DNA from: Eledone cirrhosa
Lineage: Eukaryota
NCBI GenBank assembly: GCA_964016885.1
Contig: OZ024766.1
Coordinates: 11,780,001-11,844,000, forward strand
Direction: 5' to 3'
Length of the DNA: 64,000 bases
Position 1 is the stretch's first letter. Every line of letters starts with the position of its first letter. The translations under genes and the position numbers were made by a program. Shown piece after piece: positions 42,211-55,924 of the stretch. The notes beneath the pieces are model-generated. The model ran no database searches, was not told the DNA's origin, and saw only the letters and a list, made by a program, of their open reading frames with translations.

Positions 42211-42818
42211 GAAAAAGACGAGTGTGTTTAACTCCAATGCACTCGAATACTTGAGTGCATACATATACACACACAAACACATGCGTGCGCGCGCGTGAAT
42301 ATGGTGTAGTTATCTCCCTTAGAAATCGAGGAGTTGTTTCCCTTAGTTTTTTTTTTCATTTCAGAGAAACATGTCGTCTTGCAATGGTGGACGTCTGCTC
42401 GGAGATGGCAGGTAAGCTAATGGCGACATTAAACACATATTACACCTATTTCTTCTAATAACAACAACAGTTTCTGATTTAAACACAAGGCCAACAATAT
42501 TTTGATTTGAGGGCTGCGGGAAAGTCGTTTAACTAGACACCAGTGCATTACTGGTACTTTTAATGTCGGGTTTACCATCGTGCTTAGCTATCCTTTAAGC
42601 TCGGGAACCCTTTTTCTTGCCCCCCCAAAAATGTTTTAACGATGAATTTTTTCAAATAGTAAAGGGCCCTTATAATTTAACTATGACAGGGCCTCATTGT
42701 TTGCCCCTAAATCTGGCCCTATTGCCCTTATTTTGTCAACCCACCACACTGTAAGGATTAAAGGTAAATACTTCAGAATTAAAGGCTCTTTTTTTCTCAT
42801 GTCCGTCAATATCACACC

Positions 42819-42910
<92 letters not shown>

Positions 42911-42961
42911 TGTATGCTGTGTCGTCTGTTTACCAAACACATGTATGTATATATGTATGTG

Positions 42962-42992
<31 letters not shown>

Positions 42993-43109
42993 GTATATAT
43001 ATATATGTATATATGTATGTGTATATATATATATATGTATATATGTATGTGTATATATATATATATGTATATATGTATGTGTATATATATATATATGTAT
43101 GTATGTATG

Positions 43110-43152
<43 letters not shown>

Positions 43153-43253
43153 ATATATATATGTATGTATATATATATATGTATGTATATATATATGTGT
43201 GTTTATATATATATGTATGTATATATATATATATGTATGTATATATATATATA

Positions 43254-43284
<31 letters not shown>

Positions 43285-43376
43285 GTGTATATATATATAT
43301 ATGTGTATATATATATATATATATGTGTGTGTATATATACATATATATATACATATATATATGTATATATATATAC

Positions 43377-43409
<33 letters not shown>

Positions 43410-44460
43410 TATTTGCTGTGTCTTCTGTTTACCAAACACATGTATGTATATATGTATGTGTATATATATATGTATATATATGTATGTATGTATATATAAA
43501 AGTTCATATATTAATTTCTTCTTTATATATACTCTTTTAATTTCTTATTATATATACTCCAGTTCTACCAACTGTTGAGTGCTACTTATCTGATATATGT
43601 ATAGTTTTATTGTTCTGCAATATTACTCACCTCCTACATATATGTATAGAAATATATGTATATATATATGTATGTATGTATATATATATATATGTATATA
43701 TATATGTATATATGTATGTATATATATATGTATATATGGATGTATATATATATATATATATGTATGTATATATATATATATGTGTATATATGGATGTATA
43801 TATATATATATATCTATGTATATATATATATATATGGATGTATATATATATATATGTATGTATATATATATATATGTATATATGGATGTATGTATATATA
43901 TATATATGTATATATGGATGTATATATATATATATGTATATATGGATGTATATATATATATATGTATATATGGATGTATATATATATATATGTATATATG
44001 GATGTATATGTATATATGGATGTATATATATATATATGTATATATGTATGTATGTATATATGGATGTATATATATATATATGTATATATGTATGTATGTA
44101 TATATGGATGTATGTATATATGGATGTATGTATATATATATGTATGTATGTATGTATATATGGATGTATGTATGTATATATATATATATGTATGTATGTA
44201 TGTATATATGGATGTATGTATGTATATATATATATATGTATGTATGTATGTATATATGGATGTATATATATATATATGTATATATGTATGTATATAGATA
44301 TATGTATGTATGTATATATATATGTATATATGGATGTATATATATATATATGGATGTATATATATATATATGGATGTATATATATATATATGGATGTATA
44401 TATATATATATGGATGTATATATATGTATATATGGATGTATATATATGTATATATGGATG

Positions 44461-44493
<33 letters not shown>

Positions 44494-44740
44494 GTATATA
44501 TGTATGTATGTATATATGTATATATGTATGTATGTATATATGTATATATGTATGTATGTATATATGTATGTATGTATATATGTATGTATGTATATATGGA
44601 TGTATATATGTATGTATGTATATATGGATGTATATATATATGTATGTATGTATGTATATATATATATATAAATATATATATATATGGATGTATATATATA
44701 TGTATATATGGATGTATATATATATATGTATGTATATATG

Positions 44741-44779
<39 letters not shown>

Positions 44780-44788
44780 ATATGGATG

Positions 44789-44819
<31 letters not shown>

Positions 44820-45154
44820 GTATATATGGATGTATATATATATATATATGAATGTATATATATATATATATATATGGATGTATATATATATATATATATG
44901 GATGTATATATATATATATATATATGGATGTATATATATATATATATGTGTGTGTATATATATATATATGTATATTCCAACAGGGAGTTGGGTGAACTTC
45001 ACCAACAATATAAATATATATATATATATATTTAAAAGTTAAACAAGGTTTATGAATAAATCAAAGAATGAGTTTTACAATAGATTGGAAGCACTCAACA
45101 GGAAATGTTCTCCAGAGTTATTAATATTAATTCAAAATATGAACAAAATAGATA

Positions 45155-45670
45155 TTCGTGGGACACCCTGTATATACAATTATATCCCCCCCCCCCAAAT
45201 GCATAGACACTTCGACAGCATTCTAATAAATCTGTGTATACATTTTTCGGGTACACCCTGTATATAAATATCTAGTATCTATTTACAAGTTGTCCCCCAA
45301 AAATGTAAACAACTATTTATTAAAATGCTGTTGAAGTATGTATACATTTTTGGGGGACACCCTGCATATAAACAACTAGTATGTACGTACAGGGTGTCCC
45401 AAAAATGTATACATATTAGAATGTTGTTGAAGTGTGTATATATTTTTTGGGGGACACCCTGTATATAAGTAACTAGTATCGTGTACATACAGGGTGTCCC
45501 AAAAATGTAAACACCTATTTATTAAAATGCCGTTGAAGTGTGTATATATTTTTGGGGGACACCCTATATATAAGTAACTAGTATCGTGTACATATAGGGT
45601 ATCCCCCAAAAATGTATACACATTATTAGAATGTTGTTGAAGTGTGTATACATTTTTTGGGAACTTGCTG
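45155..45670. mobile_element. Cluster of small Tc1/mariner-type MITE-like hairpins
   Basis: Repeated TA-cagggtgtccc-aaaa...tttt-gggacaccctg-TA units of about 100 bp. Confidence 0.6.
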
Positions 45671-45723
45671 TATATAAACAAATATCTATATATACACATA
45701 AATATCTCTCTCTCTATATATAT

Positions 45724-45780
<57 letters not shown>

Positions 45781-46062
45781 GATATTAAATAAATGGAAAC
45801 TATATTTATAAAACCATATTTATTCTATTATATATATTTCTAGGGTACCAAGACAACATTGGTGCGCTTTCATCAGATAAAATACAAAGTTTGTTTTATA
45901 AATAGAGACATACCCATGAAAATCATACCTTATCGGTTGGATATTCTCTGGATATATATATATATATATATATGCACCTTATCGATTGAATATATCCAGA
46001 GACTATCCAACCGATAAGGTATGATTTTCATGGGTATATCTCTATTTATAAAACAAACTTTG

Positions 46063-46126
46063 TATTTTATCTGATGAAAGCGTACCAATGTTGTCTTGGT
46101 ACCCTAGAAATATATATAATAGAATA
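46063..46126 (+). ncRNA. Minimal hammerhead motif (mirror copy on - at ~45821-45885)
   Basis: tattttat-CTGATGA-..gtaccaa..ttggtac..-GAAA-tatata-TA-atagaata. Confidence 0.72.
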
Positions 46127-46560
46127 AATATGGTTTTATAAATATAGTTTCCATTTATTTAATATCATTGAATATTTACTCCAGTAAGCTGTTGAGTGCT
46201 CTAAATCAGTTATAAACTTTTATATTTGTCGGACTACCAACAAATTAAATACCCCTCTACCTATATATATATATCATATCATCATCATTTATGGCTGCTT
46301 TTCCCTGCTTGCAAGGAAATATATATATATTTATATACATACATATATATATTCATACATATATATACACACACATATATATTTATATACATACATATAT
46401 ATACACACACACACATATTTATATACAGACATATATATATTCATACATATATATAAACACACATATATATAAACACATATATATTAACACATATATATTT
46501 ATATACAGACATATATATTCATACATATATATACACACACACAGATATTTATATACATAA

Positions 46561-46905
46561 TGGAGGCACATGGCTTAGTGGTTAGAGCATTGGCCTTGCA
46601 ATCGAAAGGTTGCGAGTTCAATTCTCAGGCCGGGTGATGTGTTGTTTCCTTGAGCAAGACACTTTATTTCACATTGCTCCAGTTTACTCAGCTGTAGAAA
46701 TGAGATGATAGGGACTGGGGTCCCTATCATTCCACTGCAAAGTGGTCGTGGAGGTGCCACGGTAAAAAAGCACCCAGCACTCACTGTAAATGAGGTTGGT
46801 GTTAGGAAGGGCATCCAGCTGTAGACATCAAGCCAGAATCAGTTCCTGTCCCACCCTTGCAAGCAGGGAAAAAGCAGACGTAAAATGAAATGATGATGAT
46901 GATGA
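46561..46905 (+). mobile_element. tRNA-derived SINE family A (CORE-like body, RTE-derived tail), reference copy
   Basis: Box A tggcttagtgg, box B gagttcaattc, cttgagcaagacacttt central block, 3' cccacccttgcaagcaggg...(gat)n. Confidence 0.85.
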
Positions 46906-47115
46906 TACATATAAACTCACATACATACACACATATATATATATATATATGTAGGAGGTGAGTTTTATTGTAGTACAATAAAGCAATGCAGATATCGGAT
47001 AAGAAGCACTCTACAGTTTGTAGGACTGGAGTATACATAATATAAGATCAAAAGATATGTTGATTTAAAACTGCACTATCCACAAGTGTTTTTTAGCCTT
47101 CATATCATGTTCTCC

Positions 47116-47186
47116 TGTTTTATCTGATGAAAACACAAATATTATTGCATGATGATGTTTGGTTTTGAAATGCGCATAATAAAATA
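47116..47186 (+). ncRNA. Minimal type-I hammerhead ribozyme motif
   Basis: tgttttat-CTGATGA-aaac...gtttt-GAAA-tgcgca-TA-ataaaata. Confidence 0.78.
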
Positions 47187-47384
47187 CATGGAACTCCTTT
47201 AACCATCTTTTGATCTTGTATATTATATATATATATATATATATATCCAATATTACTTTATCAGACACACCACCATTCCTCAACAATGCCACAGGAGAAA
47301 TATTGAAACTTAAAATATACTTTGATGAGATTCAAACTCAAAAGTTAAAGGTTTGTGTGCAATACTTTTTAATTACTATTTGTA

Positions 47385-48170
47385 TCATCATCATCATCAT
47401 CATCATTTTACGTCCGCTTTTCCCTGCTTGCAAGGGTGGGACGGGAACTGATTCTGGCTTGATTTCTACAGCTGGATGCCCTTCCTAACACCAACCTCAT
47501 TTACAGTGAGTGCTGGGTGCTTTTTTTCTGTGGCACCTCCACGACCACTTTACAGTGAGTGCTGGGTGCTTTTTTGCCGTGGCACCTGCACGTCCACTTT
47601 GCAGTGTGGGCTGGGTGCTTTTTTGCCGTGGAACCTGCACGTCCACTTTGCAGTGTGGGCTGGGTGCGTTTTCACTGTGGCACTTACACATCCATTTTAC
47701 AGTGTGGGATGGGTGCTTTTTTACTGTAGCACCTACACGACCACTTTACAGTGTGGGCTGGGTGCTTTTTTACTGTGGCACCTACACATCCACTTTACAG
47801 TGTGGGATGTGTGCTTTTTTGCCGTGGCACCTCCACGACCAGTTTACAGTGAGTGCTGGGTGCTTTTTTGCCGTGGCACCTGCATGTCCACTTTGCAGTG
47901 TGGGCTGGGTGCTTTTTTACTGTGGCACCTCCACGACCATTTTACAGTGTGGGATGTGTGCTTTTTTGCCGTGGCACCTCCACGACCACTTTAAAGTGGA
48001 ATGATAGGGACCCCACTCCCTATCATCTCATTTCTACAGATGAGTAGACAGGAGCAATGTGAAATAAAGTGTCTTGCTCAAGGAAGCAACACATCACCCG
48101 GTCTGACAATTGAACTCACAACCTTTAGATTGCAAAGCCAATGCTCTAACCACTAAGCCATGTGCCTCCA
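47385..48170 (-). mobile_element. SINE family A copy with about 10 internal units
   Basis: Identity to family A. Confidence 0.85.
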
Positions 48171-48387
48171 TATATACACACACACACACACACATCATCA
48201 TCATTTTATGTCAGCTTGTCCCTGCTTGCAAGGGTGGGATGGGTCTTATTCACCATCTCTCCATTTGTCACGGTCCTTCGTCATCTCCTCTGTGAGTTTC
48301 AAATTGTTGGCTTTGTGTCTATGTGGAAGCAATTCTATAGAGATGTGTGGCAGTTACCTCCCTTGCACTTTTAAATTCTCTTTTTAG

Positions 48388-50868
48388 TGTTCCTGTCTTA
48401 TATTCAGGCATAGTCTATCTAGGACTACATTATCTAATGTGTCCTGTCTTATATACAGACACAGTGTACCTAGGACTACATTATCTAATGTGTCCTGTCT
48501 TATATTCAGGTATAGTCTATCTAGGACTACATTATCTAATGTGTCCTGTCTTCATTGTAGTTATTTAGCCCTAGGTCACTCTTGATCCTGTAGACTTATA
48601 TGATCAATGATGTTCCAGCTGTGACCATCCTGGTCTATATTTAGGCATAGTCTATCTAGGACTACATTATCTAATGTGTCCTGTCTTATATACAGACACA
48701 GTATATCTAGGACTACACTATCTAATGTGTCCTGTCTTATATACAGACACAGTGTACCTAGGACTACATTATCTAATGTGTCCTGTCTTATATACAGACA
48801 CAGTATATCTAGGACTACACTATCTAATGTGTCCTGTCTTATATACAGACAAAGTGTACCTAGGACTACATTATCTAATGTGTCCTGTCTTATATACAGA
48901 CACAGTCTATCTAGGACTACATTATCTAAGATGTCCTGGGCGGTGGATTGGCAGTATCGGTAGAGGGTCGGACGCCATGCTTTGCAGTAAAGGGTTACGG
49001 CCCTTTATGGTCTGAGTTCAAATCCCGCCGAGGTTAACTTTGCCTTTCATCCTTACGGGGTCGATAAAATAAAGTACCAGTAATACACTGGGATAATTGC
49101 TGGCCTTGTGCCAAAAGTAGAAACAATTATCTAATATGTCCTGTCTTATATACAGACACAGTGTACCTAGGACTACATTATCTAATGTTTCCTGTCTTAT
49201 ATACAGACAGTCTATCTAGGACTACATTATCTAATGTGTCCTGTCTTATATACAGACACAGTCTACCTAGGACTACATTATCTAATGTGTCCTGTCTTAT
49301 ATACAGACACAGTGTACCTAGGACTACATTATCTAATGTGTCCTGTCTTATATACAGACACAGTGTACCTAGGACTACATTATCTAATGTGTCCTGTCAT
49401 ATATACAGACACAGTGTACCTAGGACTACATTATCTAATGTGTCCTGTCTTATATACAGACACATTGTATCTAGGACTACATTATCTAATGTGTCCTGTC
49501 TTATATACAGACACAGTGTACCTAGGACTACATTATCTAATGTGTCCTGTCTTATATACAGACACAGTGTACATAGGACTACATTATCTAATGTGTCCTG
49601 TCTTATATACAGACACAGTGTACCTAGGACTACATTATCTAATGTGTCCTGTCTTATATACAGACACATTGTATCTAGGACTACATTATCTAATGTGTCC
49701 TGTCTTATATACAGACACAGTGTACCTAGGACTACATTATCTAATGTGTCCTGTCTTATATTCAGACACAGTATATCTAGGACTACATTATCTAATGTGT
49801 CCTGTCTTATATACAGACACAGTGTACCTAGGACTACATTATCTAATGTGTCCTGTCTTATATACAGACACAGTGTATCTAGGACTACATTATCTAATGT
49901 GTCCTGTCTTATATTCAGACACAGTATATCTAGGACTACATTATCTAATGTGTCCTGTCTTATATACAGACACAGTGTACCTAGGACTACATTATCTAAT
50001 GTGTCCTGTCTTATATACAGACACATTGTATCTAGGACTACATTATCTAATGTGTCCTGTCTTATATACATACACAGTCTACCTAGGGCTACATTATCTA
50101 ATGTGTCCTGTCTTATATACAGACACAGTCTATCTAGGACTACATTATCTAATGTGTCCTGTCTTATATACAGACACAGTGTATCTAGGACTACATTATC
50201 TAATGTGTCCTGTCTTATATACAGACACAGTCTACCTAGGACTACATTATCTAATGTGTCCTGTCTTATATTCAGACACAGTATATCTAGGACTACATTA
50301 TCTAATGTGTCCTGTCTTATATACAGACACAGTGTACCTAGGACTACATTATCTAATGTGTCCTGTCTTATATACAGACACAGTGTACCTAGGACTACAT
50401 TATCTAATGTGTCCTGTCTTATATTCAGACACAGTATATCTAGGACTACATTATCTAATGTGTCCTGTCTTATATACAGACACAGTGTATCTAGGACTAC
50501 ATTATCTAATGTGTCCTGTCTTATATACAGACACAGTGTACCTAGGACTACATTATCTAATGTGTCCTGTCTTATATACAGACACAGTGTACCTAGGACT
50601 ACATTATCTAATGTGTCCTGTCTTATATACAGACACAGTATATCTAGGACTACATTATCTAATGTGTCCTGTCTTATATACAGACACAGTGTATCTAGGA
50701 CTACATTATCTAATGTGTCCTGTCTTATATACAGACACATTGTATCTAGGACTACATTATCTAATGTGTCCTGTCTTATATACATACACAGTCTACCTAG
50801 GACTACATTATCTAATGTGTCCTGTCTTATATACAGACACAGTCTACCTAGGACTACATTATCTAATG
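48388..50868. repeat. 51-bp minisatellite
   Basis: ctaatgtgtcctgtcttatatacagacacagtgtacctaggactacattat x>40. This explains the 500-600 aa ORFs. Confidence 0.97.
48939..49125 (+). mobile_element. tRNA-derived SINE family B (Nin/Deu-like domain) inserted in a minisatellite with an 18-bp TSD
   Basis: tRNA head, gagttcaaatccc box B, cctttcatccttacggggtcgataaaataaagtaccag domain. TSD attatctaa(g/t)atgtcctg at 48921-48938 and 49126-49143. Confidence 0.85.
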
Positions 50869-51159
50869 TATATATATATATATATATAGATGTATATATA
50901 TATATATATGTATATATGTATATGTATATGTATATATATATATGTATATATGTAAAAATATTAAACAAATAATGAACAAACAATTCCTTATATTAAACAA
51001 AAAAAGTTCACTATTTAACGATCGTTTCTAGGGTATATATGTGTTATAATTGGTATGCATATTTAACAGATCTATGTACAAAATTATACAAAATTATACA
51101 AATTATCAAGATTAAATATACATACCTAACTCATATATACGCCGTCTTCAGAAATAATC

Positions 51160-51308
51160 ATTATTTCTGAAGACGGCGTATATATGAGTTAGGTATGTAT
51201 ATTTAATCTTGATAATTTGTATAATTTTGTATAATTTTGTACATAGATCTGTTAAATATGCATACCAATTATAACACATATATACCCTAGAAACGATCGT
51301 TAAATAGT
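51160..51308 (+). ncRNA. Hammerhead motif with a very long stem II (mirror copy on -)
   Basis: attattt-CTGAAGA-(116 nt, closed by gtatatatg/catatatac)-GAAA-cgatcg-TT-aaatagt. Confidence 0.65.
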
Positions 51309-51531
51309 GAACTTTTTTTGTTTAATATAAGGAATTGTTTGTTCATTATTTGTTTAATATTTTATCTTGACTCTGTATACCGTTTATCTTTCACCGAAAT
51401 TGGATTTTCATTACATCTCTTCTTTCCATGATATCCGGAATACATTGAGTTCTTCATACGGATTGGACACTACCGTAAACTCTTGGTAGATTTATCTACA
51501 TAATGTATATATGTATATATATATGGATATG

Positions 51532-51611
<80 letters not shown>

Positions 51612-52199
51612 TACATGTATGTATATATATATATGTATATATGTGTATGTATATGTATATATATATGTATATATGTGTATGTATATGTATATATATATGT
51701 ATATATATATGTATATATATATGTATATATATATGTATATATATATGTATATATATATGTATATGTATATATATATGTATATGTATATGTATATATGTAT
51801 ATGTATATATATATGTATATGTATATGTATATATATATATGTATATATGTATATGTATATGTGTATATATATATGTATATATATATATGTATATGTATTT
51901 ATATATATATATATGTATGTCATCATCATCATCACCGTTTTACCTCTGTTCTTCCACGCTAGCATGGGTTAGACGGGTTGTCCTGTTGTGGGCAGTGTCT
52001 GGTCGGCTGACCATGCCTTGCTCATACAGGAACTGATTTGGCTTGATTTCTACAGCTGGATGCCCTTCCTAGCACCAACCTCATTTACAGTGTGGGCTGG
52101 ATGCTTTTTCGTGGTGCCTACACGTCCACTTTACAGTGTGGGCTGGGTGCTTTTTTACTCTGGCACCTCCACGACCAGTTTGCAGTGGGAGGGTGTGGG

Positions 52200-53250
52200 G
52201 GCATATTGTCTATATGCTTCAGCTTCGGCTTGTACCCGTGGAGGGTCGGGTACTCGGTATTACTGCATGCCGCCAGAGATCACGATCGGGTGTCATCGCC
52301 TTTGAGATGTGTAATTGGGTAAGGTCAGCTTTTATCACCTCATCCCAGGTCTGCTTGGGTCTCCCCACTCCGCGGTTTTCATCGACTTCTAGCGCTTTGC
52401 ACCTTTTTATGCAGCTGTCATCCTTCACATGCATCACATGTCCATACCAGCGTAACCTCCTCTCCTGCACACAGCATTTGATTCCTCTTATACTCAGTCT
52501 CTCTCTCAATTCATTTATGCTTTGTCGTTCACGTATATTACTGTTACACATCCATCGGAGCATGCAGTCTTCGTTTCTCTCTAATCTACGTAAGTCTTCC
52601 ACCTTCAGTGCCCAGGTCTCACGACCATGTAACATTGCTGTTCGGATACACGCATCATACAGTCTGCCTTTCATTTTGAGGGAGAAACCTTTTGCAGCTA
52701 GCAGTGGGAGTAGTTCCCTGAACTTCTTCCATCGCGTTCTTACCGTAGTTATTGTACTTTCCGAACACCCACCTCCGCTGCTAATTCGGTCAGCTAGGTA
52801 GCTGAAGCTGTCTACTGTTTCTACAGAGCCCTCCCAGAGTTTGGTGGTACTTGTTTCCTGTGGCTGTTTGCCGCTTGCTGTCCCAGCACAGCTGCTACAT
52901 GTGAAGCCTACATTCTTAGTTAAGCTTCCTGAGATCCCGCTACATCTCTTGTGTACCCATTGTTTGCATTTGGCGCAGAGAATGGAGTTCCTACCTACAC
53001 CTTTCCTGCATACTGAGCAAGGCCATTTCCCCGATAGGATCTGGGTTCTGCTTTCTCGTCTACTTACAGGGCCATTAGTCTTTGTCAGGTTGTTTACTCG
53101 TCTACTTACAGGGACCTTAGTCTTTGTCAGGTTGTTTACTTGTCTGCTTACAAGGACCTTAGTCTTTGTCAGGTTGTTTTCTCGTCTACTTACAGGGCCA
53201 TTAGTCTTTGTCAGGTTGTTTACTCGTCTACTTTCAAGGACCTTAGTATG
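52200..53250 (-). mobile_element. RTE-clade LINE 3' portion with an internal 45-bp tandem repeat
   Basis: KGRLYDACIRTAMLHGRETW...RRLRWYGHVMH...RGVGRPKQTWDEVIKADL. 45-bp repeats at 53055-53247. Confidence 0.85.
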
Positions 53251-53264
53251 TATATATATATGTA

Positions 53265-55754
53265 GAGTGAGTCCTCGATATACGGTATATATGCATTCCA
53301 GAAACCCTTACCGTATATCGAATTACCATATAAAGAACCCATTATAACATGAAATAGATAGGGATGCGTTCCAGCACATCGAAAAAGTCATCCCTACAGA
53401 AAAGAAATGTTTTTTTTTTTTTATTTACTGTACCTTAGACATGCCGCGTAGTCCATCACATGATGTGCCCCTTCATTTGTCCCTCCCGAGGCTAAGGGAC
53501 AGTATGGGTTTCAGCCCTTACTCATCTTGGGCTGAGTTGGCAGGAGAGGATGAAGGTGATGTGGGAGGCTCAAAACCAACAAACTCGTTGACTGCAGGGG
53601 ATGTTGAAGGGCCAGCTGTAGCACGGTTGGCCGGTGTGGCTGGCTCGAAGAAAGAGTAGATGGAGGACTGTTTGGCTGTGTTTCTTTTGGCTTCATACAT
53701 TTCTTGGTAAATCTTGACGCTTTTCTCGATGTCTTGAGCCACTTTGCTGCTCCTAGCAGGGTTGGGGTCATGCTCCCTCAGGGTTTCTAAAATTGTTTCG
53801 ATACTCCTGACACATTCTTTTAGAGTTTTTATGTCCAAGCCACGCACATGTTCTTCTTCTTCCTCCTCTTCTTCTTTTTCTGTCTCCTGTATCGCCTTGT
53901 CTAGTTCTATGAGTTCATCATTGGACAGTGGTTCAGCGTGGCTTTCCAAAAGGTCTTTCACATCACCACCATTAACACCATCGAAGCCAGCTCTATGGCA
54001 GAGATTTACAATATCTTTTTTTATCGCACCAATGTCCTCAGCAAAGCCTTGGAAGTCATTCACACATGCTGGCCATAATTTCTTCCAGGCCAAGTTCATG
54101 GTAGACTGCTTCACTTCTTCCCAAGATGCCTTGATGTTGTCTAAGCCGTGCTTGATGTTGTACAATTTCCACCATTCCCTGCTCGTGGGCTTGTCAGGCC
54201 CATCTGTGCCCTTTATCAGCTGCTGCATGGTTCTCCGCTGGTAGCATGCCTTAAATGTTTTGATGACTGTTTGATCCATCAGCTGAATGAGAGCTGTGGT
54301 GTTTGGGGGGAGAAACAAAACCTCAATATATTCTGACCAGTCTTCCATTGCCCGTGGGTGGCTGGGGGCGTTGTCCACTAATAGCAGAAAACGGTTGGCA
54401 ATGTTGTTAGCTAATGCATATTCCTTAAGGGTTGGTGACAGATATGAGGTGAAAAAATCCTGGTGAATTGAAGTGATCAGCCATGCCTTCTTATTAGACT
54501 TCCATATCACTGGTAGGTATTGCTTAAGTAACCCCTTGAATGCTCTTGGAGTTTCAGAATGGTAGATAATGAGTGGCTTTAGCTTTAAATCTCCTTCTGC
54601 ATTCCCTCCAAGTAACAGAGTAACGCGGTCCTTTGAGGCTTTGAACACTTTCACACTTTTCTCCTCCTTGTCAATATAATTATTACTGGTCATCTTTTTC
54701 CAATAAAGTCCTGTTTCATCATAATTAATAACCTGTTTTTTGCTGTACCCCTTCTCTGCACTGCATTTCTCTAACACGGCCTTGAATTTTGTCGGAACTG
54801 GCAGCCTCACCTGTAACATTTATGTTGTGAAGACTCGAACGTCGTTTGAACTTATCAAACCAGCCTTTGCTTGCCTTGAATACAAAGTCCTCCACCCCCA
54901 TTTCAGTCTTGAGCCTGTCAATAATGGACAATGCTTTCTCACTGATTACATTTAAAGACAGAGGCATATTTTGACGATTTTGGTCGTTGATCCAAATTTT
55001 GAGCAACCTTTCCATCCTATCCATAATCAGCTCACCATGTTTGGTCAACAATTTACTCTGTAGAGTCGTAGCATTCTCCCCAGCCTTTTGGACAGCCTCA
55101 CTATTTTTTAAAACAGTCCAGACTGTAGACTGCGCTAGGCCGAAGTTACGACTTATGGCGGACGTACCTTGCCCCTGTTCCTTCCTTTTCAAAATGTCCA
55201 GCTTTATCTCCAAAGTCAGGCTCTTCATCATGTGTTTGGACTTTCCATCTGCATCAGCAATATTTGCAGGACGTTTTGGGGCCATGAGATATGGGGTTAT
55301 AAGATATGCTGTGATAATTATACTCCAAAAACATGCCGTCGGGTTTTCTCTTACTTTGAATGACGTCATAACTCTTAACTGATCACTTCAGTTCGGCAAA
55401 AATTCTCTAACTGAGAGGACACGCTAGTTTGCTGAACTGAAGTGATCAGTTAAGAATTATGACGTCATCGACTGATATCTGAACTCGCTCGTGATTGGCC
55501 AGTTTCTCTGTAAGGTCAGTTAGTACGATAGCAGTAGTAACACAATTTTCCTAGAATTCGAATAGCAGTCAGTTTCCAAAAATTCAAGGGAGAATTTATT
55601 GCTTACTACAGGTGGCACTACGGTACAATATAAACAAAATACGACCAAAAATTCTGGGAATTTTTTTTACCGTAAATAGAATTGATGGTAATAATTACGC
55701 AAAACCGTATCTGGGAATTTACCGGATCAAGGACTACCATATATCGAGGACCCA

Positions 55755-55757
<3 letters not shown>
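53265..55757 (-). mobile_element. Full-length Tigger/pogo-family DNA transposon (2493 bp)
   Basis: ~23-bp TIRs (gagtgagtcctcgatatacggta and rc cagtgggtcctcgatatatggta) with TA on both sides, enclosing a transposase. Confidence 0.93.
53518..55285 (-). pseudogene. Tigger/CENP-B-type DD32D transposase with one frameshift near 54790
   Basis: MAPKRP... HTH domains (KASKGWFDKFKRR, GEAASSD) in one frame. DETGLYWK, DNAPSH, LPPNTT and QLMDQ catalytic domain plus acidic tail in another frame. Confidence 0.9.
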
Positions 55758-55804
<47 letters not shown>

Positions 55805-55849
55805 ATATATATATGTGTATATATATATATGTGTGTATATATATATATG

Positions 55850-55880
<31 letters not shown>

Positions 55881-55893
55881 GTATATATATATG

Positions 55894-55924
<31 letters not shown>

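Noticed and set aside
44984-45150. Acceptor-like site and 71-aa ORF
   Set aside because: Interrupted by (TA)n and stops, with no recognisable domain.
46561-46635. tRNA gene
   Set aside because: Head of a SINE; it continues into the SINE body and recurs in many copies.
49161-50983. 500-600 aa repetitive ORFs
   Set aside because: The 51-bp unit is a multiple of 3 and open in several frames on both strands; it is a minisatellite.
53744-55382. Plus-strand ORFs over the transposon
   Set aside because: Antisense shadows of the transposase.
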